64,000 bases of DNA from Tubiluchus corallicola (lineage: Eukaryota > Animalia > Priapulida): positions 262,447 to 326,446 of the forward strand of contig JAQGDQ010000013.1 of NCBI GenBank assembly GCA_030141605.1, read 5' to 3'. Within the stretch, counting starts at the first letter, position 1, and each line of letters starts with the position of its first letter. The notes beneath the pieces are model-generated. The model saw only the letters and a list, made by a program, of their open reading frames with translations. It was not told the DNA's origin and did no database searches. A program made the translations under genes and the position numbers. Below, one piece after another: positions 49,201 to 61,500 of the stretch.

Positions 49201-52200
49201 GCCTGCTGCATACATGTGAAATATTTTCCAATAACGGTCTTTACTTTTTTGCTAGTATATGTGTGCATAGGTAGCTTAACCGATGTTTTTATGTCACATA
49301 TACTGATTTAAAAACCCAAGTCACATTCCGTTTTTGTAAAGTCTTGTGTATTTTGTGTGATTTTATGAAGTTTTTCTATGATCATTGTGAAATAATCCAA
49401 AAATGTAAATCTTTATGTAACGTGATGTTACAAGCCCACAGTTATTTAAATTTTAATATGAAACTTGAAAGACAGGAAATGTGAAAAGCTTGGAGTGCAG
49501 TAAAATTTCCAGCAGCCTGTCTGACTGATATCAGTATTCCATAACAGAGTACACACTTTATAAAGTATACTTAATGTACTAATAATAACACTCATGCTAT
49601 GTAGCATCTGATTTGTTTCAGGCTCATTCGGATGCTGTAAATGACTGCAAATTCAGCAGTGATGACAAATTCCTTCTTACTGCATGCCAGGTACATTTTC
49701 ATGTTAGTAAAGTACAGTAAATCCCAATGCATGTATTTGCAAAGACATTTTTATTTTTTGACGTTCTGTGCTGACTTGTAGAATTAGTTTCTTTGCTTGT
49801 AGATAACATATGCTACATGATACAAGGCACTGTAAGCAGCCAAATGAAAATGAGATTGAAGTTAAATTCAGTCTCCCTGAGAATCTAAAGCTGCACTTCA
49901 TCTTCCACAATTTTTTGTCGCTCGTCTATGTAATGGAGAACCTAGTTATTTTTCTGTTAGATAAGTACTCTCGTTTCAGTGGATGGCAGCTAATAGCTAA
50001 TGTAGCGCATAAAACAATTGATTGTGTCACATATGTAATACTAATAATTTCCGAATAAGTGGGTTTTGTGAAAAAATTTTTATGCGAAAAGTACGGTGCC
50101 TGAAAATAAGTCTACCAGAAAATTTACCAAAAAATTTCCCTAAAAATGCTCTGCAGCAGTAAGTTACAAAATTAATTTACTATAGTTGTCACTTGATTAT
50201 CATCTGCTATTAAATAAGCAAGTTCCAATGTTTTTATCACTGTTGCATTGTCTGATGTCTTTTCATGTTCTAAAAAAACTTGTGTTATTTGGTGAAATAT
50301 TTCTTGAGGCAGATTTTCTCAAGGTAACAAATTTTCTAGAAATAACTGTTTTCTAGCAGTTTATTCAGCGAGGACTTTGTGAGAAAGTACTTGTGTTTTA
50401 CTTAAGTGTACAAATATTAACTAGTTGCACGAATTAATCATTTTTGTGTTTGTAGAATGGTCTTATGAGAATATGGGATTTAGAAGGGTGTGAAATGGCT
50501 GACACTGGAAAAACAGCTTTAACTGATATTGGCAAGGTGGGTATAGCACTAGAATTTACACCTTCTTTCTACCATTGCTGCAGAGCTTGACATATTCCAT
50601 TTAATTAGCACTTCTTACAACCAGTGCTTCTTAGGGGCTCAGTTGTCATCAGGTTTGCTATAAGAACTGCCTGACTTATTAGGTTATCTTGTTTAAAAAC
50701 TTCCTTCTGTCATTATGTCATTGCAAAAAAATTATTTGTTATTGCCGTTTTTTGTTCATTTTTTGGTAACTTGTTAACAGCGAACCATACCAATTGACAC
50801 TAACACTAATAATGGCAAATTTGGATGGTGCATCAAGTTGAATGTTGAGTTATCCTTTCTACAGTGGGATTCACAGAACTTTTTATTGCTATTATTGCTT
50901 TCAGTTGCCAGTGTAATAGAAGTCTAATGGCCATTGAATAGAAGTCACGAATTCTGCGCTATTAATCATTTGTATTGTTAGTTTAACATATTCGCAGCTG
51001 ATTATTTACCAAACAAACTAGGTTATTTGCAGTGTAGGCTTAAGGTTCTTTAGATTCATTAGTAAATGTGTAGGATCTACAGCTACTCACTGACTACTCA
51101 ACGTGTAATTAAGTTGATTAAAATTCATGGTTTCAGTTCCTTTCTCTAAGAATATGTCACTTTATCTAGGATGTTTGGATAATCACGCAAATAAAGCACA
51201 AAGTAAATGAAATTTCCTTGAAAAAAAGGCATGTAAAAGTTGATCAGACTTATTTGTGGAAAACCTGCTATTAGCTCCGTCCCACATTAAATATTTATTT
51301 TTGTTCTTATATGAAGATAGTACTACGTAATTTCCACACAGGCATGTATTTTTTGTAACATGGTTGTATTTACCTGTACTGCATATAGAAGTCAAGGTTG
51401 AAAGTCCAGCAAGATTTAAGTTCAGTTATCAGCTGTCACATTGTGTGCAGAGATATTCTGGATATTACTTTGCTGGCAGACACAAGAATTGTCTAGACAC
51501 ACTACAATGTCACAGCTAGATTTTACTGGGAGAGTTGCCGTGGTAACAGGTGCAGGTGGTGGCCTAGGACGTGAATATGCATTGTTGTTTGCTTCTAGAG
51601 GTGCTGCAGTCATTGTGAATGACTTAGGAGGCAGCTTACAGGGAGAAGGAAATGATTCAAGGCCTGCAGATACAGTAGTTTCAGAAATCAAAGCTAAAGG
51701 TGGCAAAGCAGTGGCCAATTATGAATCAGTGGAAGAGGGAGAAAAAATAGTTGAGGCAGCAATACAGCATTTTGGAAGGATTGATATTCTTGTTAATAAT
51801 GCAGGAAACTTGAGAGATAAATCCTTTGGCAAGATGTCTGACCTCGACTGGGATCTGGTACATCGCGTGCATCTTAGAGGAGCTTTTCTGGTAACTCGTG
51901 CCGCTTGGCCATACATGCGTGAACAGAAATACGGTAGAATTATCATGACGTCATCTCCATCTGGTGTGTATGGTAACTTTGGACAAGCAAATTACTCAGC
52001 AGCAAAAAGTGGGTTGATCGGACTTTCACATACTCTTGCTTTAGAAGGAGCAAGGTACGGGATTCAGTGTAACAGTATTCTTCCGTCGGCTGGATCGAGA
52101 ATGACTAGTACCGCATGGCCTGCTGGCATGGTTGAAGCCATGAAAGCGGAGTACGTAGCACCTCTAGTGATTTACTTATGCCATGAGTCATGCAAGGAGA

Positions 52201-55200
52201 CAGGTTGCGTGTTTGAGACTGCAGCTGGCTGGGTGGGCAAGCTGCGATGGCAGAAATCTAGTGGTAAAGTAATTAAGGAAGCAGGAAAACCAATGGTTCC
52301 TGAAAATGTGCGTGACACATGGGCGGACATTGTTGATATGAGTGACGCTAAGTATCCAAAAAGTATCGGAGAAGAAATGGACTTTTTGTTGAATATTGTT
52401 CAAAATGTAAATGATCAGAAACAACTGGCGACAAATGAGACGTCTTCACGTGGTTTGAAATTAGCTCCAGTAAAGACTAATGGTGCTTCATTTGATTTTA
52501 CAAAAGCTCTTGCTGCAACATTTCCTCCGGTCAAGTATGAGTACACGTCTAAAGACGTTATCTGTTACAACCTTGGCGTGGGCATTTCTCTTCAGCAGAA
52601 AGATGGTCTAAGATTCCTCTATGAAGGTCACGAAACCTTCAGCGCTTGGCCGTCCTTTGTTATAATACCAGCTCAGCAAGCTCTTTTGGGGATTTTCTCT
52701 GGAATGAAACAAGACATTGGTGTCAACGTACCTCAGAACCGGATCCTGCATGGTGAACAGTATTTTGAGTTGTATGAAAAGATACCAGCTGAAGGAATTT
52801 TGACGACAAAATTTAAAATTGTTGATGTGCTCGACAAAAAATCTGGTGCAGTTGGAATTACTGATGCCGAAACGTTCGATGAAAGTGGTCGAAGGATAGC
52901 TTATAATCAGTTTGTAAATTTTATGGTTGGAGCAGGTGGATTTGGTGGGAAGAAGAACAGTCCACGTCTAGTTCCTTGCCTACCACCTCCATCAAACAGG
53001 AAACCAGATTTAACAGTCGAGGAGAGAATACCAACAGACCAGGCTGCCCTCTACAGATTGTCCGGTGATACAAACCCGCTGCATATTGACCCAAAGTTTG
53101 CAACTGATGCTGGCTTCTCAGCTCCCATCCTTCATGGTCTCTGTTCATTTGGATATGCTCTCAGACATGTTCTACAACAGTACGCAGACAATGACTTAAC
53201 TCGATTCAAAGCAATGAAAGCAAGATTTTCAAAGCCAGTTTATCCAGGTCAGACGCTGCAGACGGATATGTGGAAGAACGAGCAGAGGATACATTTCCTG
53301 TGCAAGGTCAAGGAGACAGGTGATCAGGTTTTAACTGGCGGATATGTAGATTTACGTGGCAAGAGTTCTGCGTCCAATAAGCAGTTGGCCAAACTGTAAT
53401 TGATGCTTAATTTGACAAGCACTGCACAAGTGCGACATGCATTTGATCAAATAAATTGCTTGTTACACTGTCCAAGACTTGCATTTCAAAAATAAAGTCT
53501 GTTAATTTTCTGGAAAATCAGTTAAACTGAACATTTTTTGTTCATTATACATGTATTCGATAATCTTGTAAATTAATCACACAGCTTTTGTACATTAACA
53601 GTGTTTATCTTGTATCAACAATTGGTCATTGTTATATTAAACTGCAATTTTGTGACTCATATTTGAACTAAGTTTTGAAAGTTACTCTTAATTTCAATAG
53701 CACCATAATCGATGGCCAAATCATTTAATTGGAAATTCAAGTCATTTAATTATGATTTCTAAGGCTGGTAAGGAAGTTTCGTATGTATCATAGTGATAGA
53801 ACAAAACTTTTTTGAAAGAAAGGAAAAGGAAAATGTCAGAAATGAACTCAGATTTGGACTGGTCATTTATTTTGTGCTGGGAGAAACCCATGTCTGTTGA
53901 TTTACAAACCAATTCAAATGAAGATTTGTGAAGGGTTATGGGGATCCAGGTCCTCTAGGAAGAGCTAACTGGATTTTGATGACTAATTATTGGTAATAAA
54001 AAAATCACGAATTATTTATTAAGCACAGGCTTTTACGGGCAAATTCTGTAACATCATAACGCACTGCTGAGGAAAAAAAATCACAAAAAAAGAAACTAGA
54101 GGATATATGATAAATCTGAATGACATAAGAACAATTAATGTTTTATCCCAAGCCAAGAACAAAACTCATGGTGATAATCACACCATTTTGCAAGGACGCT
54201 TGGCACAACTTGTCTGCCCTTCTGGTTTAATATGCAACAGATTTTCACTTTGTTACAGTACATACAAGTCATGATAATGTAAGAAGAGAAGCTGGCTTTA
54301 TAAAACTTTGAATGTATCTTCTGCGTCATAATCATTAGAAAAAAGGCTTTGTTTAAAGTAAAGAAAACCCTTTAGTTACACAAAGTTAAAAAGAATAGTC
54401 TCGAAAATTTTTGTATCACCTTATTGCGCAGAGAGCTTGTATTAGCGACAACACTATACAAAACTTTGGAAATTTAAAGTGCCGAGCGTCCGATAGGCTC
54501 AGTCATTTTGACGGTAGGTCTTTTGAGACAAATTCAGATAACATTGCGACATATTCTTCACTACATGAACAAAAGTATAAATTATGATATGTCAGTAAGA
54601 TTAAAAAATTTTTTTGTGTGGGTTGGTGTGCACACTGGATAGGCAAATTTGACATTTTACCTGTTCGCGCAAACATTTTAAATTAAAAATTTTCTTCCTA
54701 CACAAGTCTTTCAAGCAGGTAAGCGTAATGCTGAGTAATATAACTTTGTGTGGAAAGTTTTTTGTGACATACTTAACTGACTTTTCTTCCCCTTTAAAAG
54801 AGCTGACCTGCGAGCATTTCAGTAAATGATTAGCAGTACCTGATAAGACACTCAGAAACATGGGTCCCATCCCTAGGCATGTCAACAGATTTTTTTTGTC
54901 AGTTTAACAAACTAGCTTGCTGATTGGTCTTGAACATGTACTCAAATAATCAACAAACATTGTTAATAATAGCAGTTTATTTATTTTTATTTATTTAATT
55001 CATTATACTAATCACTTTCACAAAAAAATCCTAGAGGTTAATTACTACTTATGTTTGGAAAGCATAAAACAGCAGATTAATAGAAATTGTGAATTGCTTT
55101 TACAATTCAGTCAAGCTGCAAAATCAGTGGTGCAAAGGCCTTGTTAACGTGAAAGTTTGTGCCTGTAGATGGAGCCGTGTTTTGTTTAGTGTAGCCGGTG

Positions 55201-55445
55201 GCTGGATTAATGACTTTTGCAGAATAGTTAATTTTGTGCAAGTTGTTAGAAAAACAGAGCATTCGAAGTTGCAATATCAACATTAGGCCGCATAAAACAT
55301 TTACAGAACCTTCTTACATGTTTAGACTAATCAATGTTATTTGCAGTGCCGTTCCTGCGGTAAACCATACAAAAAACTTTACGGAAAGGACGACATGTAT
55401 TGCGGCTTCTGCAGACACCATAACGAGATTGAAAAGATGTCCTAA
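43229..55445 (+). CDS. WDR88: WD repeat-containing protein 88-like, 10 coding exons, ~359 aa
   Basis: Exons 43229-43452, 44319-44382, 44781-44919, 45584-45710, 46731-46853, 47404-47474, 48229-48311, 49622-49690, 50456-50536 and 55347-55445 are frame-consistent (1080 nt). WD40 repeats (VSGSDQDHSLCIWDA, TASWDQTVALWDV..GGYRNEGPVILNAGHEGIVSTCAF, SGSRDRTVTIWE) and the terminal CRSCGKPY...CGFCR correspond to the WDR88 architecture as I recall it, including the CxxC...CxxC tail. Confidence 0.8.
45150..45620 (+). repeat. Degenerate ~70-bp tandem array made of copies of the WDR88 exon-4 3' splice site plus exon start
   Basis: Unit ttattaaatgtgtactgttagtYtttacacAG-atctNcaNact...ataacaagctNtaat starts near 45150, 45217, 45289, 45363, 45433 and 45552. 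The last copy contains the functional acceptor (45582-45583). Confidence 0.8.
48704..48889. mobile_element. Short pogo/Tigger-like MITE with an internal poly-G run
   Basis: Imperfect TIRs CAGTCAAACCTCTTTATATTGC ... GCATCATAATGAGGTTTGGCTA, internal gttggcattataa subrepeats, and G13 at 48853-48865. A related end (TACAGTAAACCCTCATTATAAC) lies near 32379. Confidence 0.6.
51507..53399 (+). CDS. HSD17B4: Peroxisomal multifunctional enzyme type 2 (D-bifunctional protein: SDR dehydrogenase + hydratase-2, no SCP2), intronless 630-aa ORF, nested sense in the last WDR88 intron
   Basis: First ATG at 51507 (MSQLDFTGRVAVVTGAGGGLGREYA). NNAG, GNFGQANYSAAK, ILHGEQY, the hydratase-2 motif YRLSGDTNPLHIDP and PILHGLC are present. 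The C-terminus is the PTS1 signal AKL*. Confidence 0.95.
   Translation: MSQLDFTGRVAVVTGAGGGLGREYALLFASRGAAVIVNDLGGSLQGEGNDSRPADTVVSEIKAKGGKAVANYESVEEGEKIVEAAIQHFGRIDILVNNAGNLRDKSFGKMSDLDWDLVHRVHLRGAFLVTRAAWPYMREQKYGRIIMTSSPSGVYGNFGQANYSAAKSGLIGLSHTLALEGARYGIQCNSILPSAGSRMTSTAWPAGMVEAMKAEYVAPLVIYLCHESCKETGCVFETAAGWVGKLRWQKSSGKVIKEAGKPMVPENVRDTWADIVDMSDAKYPKSIGEEMDFLLNIVQNVNDQKQLATNETSSRGLKLAPVKTNGASFDFTKALAATFPPVKYEYTSKDVICYNLGVGISLQQKDGLRFLYEGHETFSAWPSFVIIPAQQALLGIFSGMKQDIGVNVPQNRILHGEQYFELYEKIPAEGILTTKFKIVDVLDKKSGAVGITDAETFDESGRRIAYNQFVNFMVGAGGFGGKKNSPRLVPCLPPPSNRKPDLTVEERIPTDQAALYRLSGDTNPLHIDPKFATDAGFSAPILHGLCSFGYALRHVLQQYADNDLTRFKAMKARFSKPVYPGQTLQTDMWKNEQRIHFLCKVKETGDQVLTGGYVDLRGKSSASNKQLAKL
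53450..53496 (+). terminator. Poly(A) signals of the HSD17B4-like gene
   Basis: AATAAA at 53450-53455 and 53491-53496, shortly after the stop codon and followed by T-rich sequence. Confidence 0.6.
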
Positions 55446-55571
55446 AGGAAGTTTTGTTTGATAATTCACTTTTCCTGTTCAGCTATTTATTTATTTCTAA
55501 CAATAGTACAATTCTATATTTTCTGTAATTTTTTTGTATACAAATATATTATTATTAGTTTACAATTTAAT

Positions 55572-58500
55572 TCAATGAAATTTACGGTGCTTCTTTTTTG
55601 ACTTTGCTCCCTTGTGAGGCGTTTTTCGCTTTTTTGTTGACCTAAGAAGTTCCTGAAAAAAATGCAGTCATATTAACCGTGTTATATGCCAGCGTTGGTG
55701 ATGGAAGTGTTTTGACCCAATTAACCGATTGCAACCGTTAGCAGATTGGTATAGTATAGAAGTATGAGCTATCACTCTTCAGGTTAGTATATGCACTACA
55801 AAGGCTCCAAAAGCTTTAAATGTTAGGTCTCTGTGCTTATGCTGTATTATTTAAAGTCAACTCTATGCTGTTAGTTGCTGTATGATGTTCATGCTTGTTA
55901 CGTTGCAAAGAACACTGGCAAATTACTGCTGCCGTATCAGTAGCATAACAGCATAATTGATTAAACATTCTGTGAAAAGCAGCAAGAGTTTCAAAAGAAA
56001 ACAGCTAGGAATTTTATTTTAAGTTTAGCTTCCATAAATTCGTGGACAAGGAGGTTAACTGCAGCGGGTGACAGATTTAGAGCAAAAATGCAGTGCCAGC
56101 ATATTAGCGCACGATAAATGCACCTGCTTACAAACAAAGCTGTACTTAACATGATTATTTCTATGTACATTATAGTGCACAAAAGTGAAGTAAAGATGAC
56201 ATAGAAGTAGTAAAAGTTCTTTGGTCATACATAAGTGTCTTACTTTCATCATGTGAAGCAAAAGTATATAGTCAATTACTGACAGTTTTTATATGTATTT
56301 GAATAGGAGCGGCTTTAGGCAACTGATATATTAACCAAACGGCACACACTGTAGTTATAAATCTTAATTAAAATTGAGTAAGCACAAAGTTGATTGAGAT
56401 CTTGATAACAATATTAAAGGGGGAATATCATGAAAATCAAGTTAAAAGTATTTTATAGTTGCCTTCCCAGTGAACAACTTGGTAAAATTTTTTTAGCAGT
56501 ACATTGTCCAATTGATAATGAGTAATTAACTTTTTTGTATTTCGCGGGAAACGCCATGGAGTTGCATTTATGCCTCTCCCGGTGAAAAAACTGAACTAGT
56601 GCAGCTTTGCTGATGACATAGCAGAGTGTACCCGCAGCTTGTTGTGATACTGTCGTACACAACTGGGCTAAAAATATAGCTGCAATATAATCGCAAGTTA
56701 TTCAAGCTCAACTTCATTTTGGCGATATTCCCCCTTTAACTACTGCAGTTCCTCGGATTGTCAACCTGTCTCGCACATTGTGAAATGTTATTGAATATTA
56801 AACAAACCAAACATGCCACGCAATTATAATGTGCTTCAAAAACACCTTAAATTCAGTGAATATGTTTAAGTATTTGACCTTGAAATTTATAAACAAATTA
56901 GTTGAAGCCCGCTGTTTTTTCAAGTTCTAAAAACCATACGATGCAATTACAGCTTTCACATTTCACAATCCATTTTTACCTAAATCCCGATTACTAAAAA
57001 GTGAACTAAACTTTGAAAATTTGTCCTAAGTCATTTTAGAAAATCAGACTTGGCATATGACACTTTACTGGGCCTGTATAATCATGGCAACTATAGCTGT
57101 AATTTACTTAGTACTTTGTCAAAATAGGGCAAATCAGAACTCAATTATTGTGTAGAAACCTGCATTCATTTCTGCACACATGGGCATTTCTGTACACATT
57201 AAGGATCCAAAACAATAAGGAGGACTATCATCATCACCGACTGACTGAATTGCAAAATTGTCCCATGCTAATCTATGGTACTACTCTATAACAAGGAAAT
57301 CTTCGTTTCGTCAAACACAAACATAATTGTCAAAAACCGAAGATTTACATCAGTCACTGGTATAATGTTTTATGTAACGGCAAACTTACTTCATCAAGGC
57401 TGCCGGTGAGTGGGCGTAAATCTCCAAACTCTGTAATTTGACCTAGGTTGGACATCAGATTCATATTTCTTCTTGTGGCTTGCTACAAGACATGGCAAAG
57501 TAAAAATATCAGATGTCAGTGATTTTACACATTTTGCATTTCACATGCTGTACACAATTCTATCACGAATTCAGTCATTGCAAGGAAGGCAAACTTGGTC
57601 AACTAGTACCACATGTATTCTGCATTTATTTTGTATTCTGTTGCTAATATGTTTGCAATAAAATTATTCATCATTGAATACCATAGCTTAGAATACTGAC
57701 AAATGAACATCATGTGTTAATACTAATATCTGTGATCTGTATAAGAAGACAATAGCGTTACAAAACTGTTGATCTTTTGATATGTGGTTTTCAAGTACAA
57801 CTTCCTCAAGATCTGTTACATGCTGGAAATTTTTTTCAGGGATAAGCAAAACAAGTGCAAATAAAACTAAAAACTGTGAAGGATAACATGGCACAACAAA
57901 AATTAACAATTTTATTATTATTCATACCTTGTACAAGGAAGAAATAAATAGGTAGTGCAAAAGTGCAAAGAAACAAGGCTTACTCAAGCTTATTCAAAAG
58001 AAAATAAAAAATAGACAGACATTCTTGAATATTTGCATTCTGCAGCCTCTTGTCAATGACAACAGGATGTATTTACTATCAAAGCTTTTTCAAAAATTGG
58101 TCTCTTCTTGTCATTAAGAATTAAATTTGTGTTATTACAAAGCAAATACCACAGCAGAGTAAGTTTCAGCAGAAAATTCTCATTTGCAATCTACAAAAGT
58201 CGTTTAACATTTGGCACTGCAAATTCAAACCCAGCTTCTATAAATAATGCGCTACATCTTAGTAATAATATAAGAGAATGATTTAGCTAAAAATATGTGG
58301 TACATTTCTTATCACTTAAATTTATAAGAAAACAATAACAAATGTCTTTTGTTTTAACTCGCATTTAAAACTTTCGGTATCAAAGAGAAAATGCACGTTA
58401 CAAAGATGAAGAAAGCAAAAAAATATACACTTTATAGTTTGCAAGGTTAAAAATAGTCTTAATAACCAATTTATAACAGTTACTAACATGAAATCTTTTT

Positions 58501-61500
58501 TTAGATTTTGCTATGAGGTCACTACAATGTGTAAACCTTCATTTTGACACTGAGAATGTTTCATCAAATAACTAAACATGTGTGACTCAAATTTATCATG
58601 ATTATTAAATTTTAATTATTAACGAAGATAATGTGTTCATAGCAGTATCAAGAAAAGTTTTTTTAAACTAATCATAAGTGTGGCAGGTAACACCAACTTA
58701 CTTTTTCTTTCTTTGTAACAGGCAACCGAGTCAAAAACTCTTCCTCATACCTGCAAAATGTAAACCACTTTCTATATTTAAAGAACAATGCAACAATGCA
58801 AGCTGTTGAAATGTGACAATTTAAATCTCAAGCAGAATAAAGAATGAAGAAAATAAAAGCAAATATGAAAGTTTGGTTATCAAAAGCAGGCACTTTGCAC
58901 AAATTGTTTTACATGTCTTGAGCATAGTGTTTATAATAAAAGTGTAACATGAGATGTTCACATAACTATTTGAATTACATTATTATAAGCTCTTACGTTC
59001 ATAAAGAGTGAGTTATATAGGAACTCAAAGAAAAGTCCTAACAAGTTCCTGTGCATGACAAGTAGAAAGTCAAGTAATTAAAAATTACACCATTATGACT
59101 TCAAGTAAATATTAGCCTGTAATACTTCCCCTATCTTGCAAAAAGGCGGTGCACCCCTTGTACACAATATGCTACTACTACTACAAGTTTGAGGTATTGT
59201 TGATTTTCATACACAAATTAAATTCACAATGAGCAACGTATCTTAAACTCAAGGTTGCACATGTGATGAAAAGTGTTTGGAATATCTACCTTTTTCTCAT
59301 CTGCTTTTAATATACATTTATTTTTGCAGCATTCACATTCCCTATCATCAAATTTCTTCAGCATCTACATCTATGTTGCATAACATCTACTTTTATCTTT
59401 TTTGATAAATGAATCTTTCTCGTAATTCACCAATGCCTAAATTAACGTTAGGTTAACCGTATCAGCAAAAGTAGACATCTGATTATATTGGTTTAAGTGG
59501 CTGTTTCTTCAGAGCAATAACAGCCTATATTGCTCATATCTAAAGTAATTTTTTTTACAAATGTCTGTAAAAAGATTATGATGCAATTATTAATTTATTA
59601 CAACGTGATTTACATACAGTAGAATGCAAACCCAACTTTATCAGATCTTTTCCTTGAAAAAATTTCAGTGTCATTTAACACTATTAGTAAGCTTAGTGGC
59701 TATTTAGGCCAAACAATTTTTTACTGATTGAGTTATTGACGTGACAAATGTCTAATAAACAGAAAAAATATGCATGTGAACAGACAGATAGACTGATACC
59801 TTGACGACTTTTTTCTTATAATAATTGTTGCATTAACATTTATTGAAAAGTTAAATATTTTTTTCAAGTACCTTGTTTTAAATATTAAATCCTTTGTGCA
59901 TCAACCTTGTGATCTGTTTGGCCGCTGAATGGCACCATACATTCCCGTTAGTCAAGTTTTTGCATTTACCAACTGATCATGGCGTCTTCCAGTCAGCGAT
60001 TCAGTAAACAATACTCTTATTTTGATTGTCTTTATTGAAAACAGTACTTGGATGAATAATTGTAAGTGATGTCATAGAATGAACCACTACTCAACTATAA
60101 AAATGCAGCTGTAAGCATAACCATTACCTTTCTTTGTGTAGTCTTTCCTTTTCCTCTCTTATTTTTGAGTGCGAGTATTCCTGAAATGAATGTTGAGAAA
60201 ATGTTTAATGAAGAATATAATACACCATTTAATTTTTACAATGAGCGTGCTTTCTGCCTATGAAATGTTGACTTTTCATGCTAAATCAGTACCTAATTTT
60301 TAAAATTCTTTACCCAACATGGTAACATAGCCACTAATGAAGGACATAAAATATCATAAAACTATAAAGCCATGATATTACAATATTATAAAACAGATTT
60401 TCCTAATATACTAACATGTATTTCTTCAGGCCCATCGTAATATTGTTTCTTTAGCTCTTGCATAATACTGGAACTTAATGCTCGCTTTTTGGCTTTCTCT
60501 AGTAAACGTTCTGTCTTGTCTTTGACTGTCATGTCTCCAGCTGAAAAGAAACAAGAAATATGCCTAAGAAAAATAAATCACAACAAATTAAAAATAAAAA
60601 CAACAACAAGCAAATGTCAAGCGCTTATCCTTAACATACATCGCACTTAACAATTTGCTTAGAACGACCAAAATTAATGTTTTTGTACGACAACAAGAAT
60701 GTAGTAATTCACATGTTTAGCAACAAATTTAGTAAAATTCACATAAGATGATGGAGGAAACCTAACAATGTGCTTCAAAGACAGTCATCTATTAAGTCGT
60801 AGCTTAGAGATGCCAATGCCACATTAAATAAAGCCAAATCTTCCAAAGAATGATTAAATGCAGAAGCCTAGAAAGCAGTGCAGAATGACCAACCTGCCGT
60901 GAACAGGATGAAAAATAATTACAACCGTTTACATTACTAGTAGTTTTTAGTAGTCCAAATTAAGAGAATATGTTTTAGTGATTAGGTATAATGTCAAAAT
61001 TTGTCCAAAAAATAAAGCATTTTGTCATTAAGTGAGAAACTCCAGCAAAATATTACCATACTAAGTGGATTCTGCTACAAGGAGTAGCCTTACACGAGGT
61101 CTTGTAGTATGGTAAAATTTAAACATGACGGAACTATATGGAGCTTTTCAAATGAAGAATTATAAAAATCTGGTATAAAACTTGTTAATATACTTTGAAG
61201 ACATACTTTAAAGTTCAAATGAAGTGTGTTACTTTCCATAATCTCTCAGGGCCGGCTTTACGCTGATTAGACAGATTTATTCAAATTGAGCTCCACTATT
61301 TGTTCAAAGAGGTGGCCCGGTTCACACGCCCGAGCGGAGGACACTATGATGAATTAAAGAGTCGTGCACGAAGTTACTTGATACTGTGAAGGCAGTGAAA
61401 CTATTCAGTCTGTCCTCGTATCTATTTTTCAATGTTTTTTTGCTGACAATTTACTAATTTATAAATGATATCCAAACCCTCAACACAGAAGAAGCACTGT

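Noticed and set aside
50905-50916. Acceptor ttattgctttcag as the terminal WDR88 exon
   Set aside because: It gives only LPV* in phase 0. The exon at 55347 supplies the expected CxxC...CxxC tail. It could still be a 5'-UTR exon of the nested gene.
51441-51506. N-terminal extension MCAEIFWILLCWQ... in the ORF track for HSD17B4
   Set aside because: The track starts at a TTG, which is a prokaryotic-style start. Homology begins at the ATG at 51507, and the upstream part looks like an intron end.
57134-57238. Possible C/D-box snoRNA in an NGDN intron (GTGATGA...CTGA on the minus strand)
   Set aside because: No terminal stem, no rRNA-complementary guide that I recognise, and the C box sits in a (TGA)n run.
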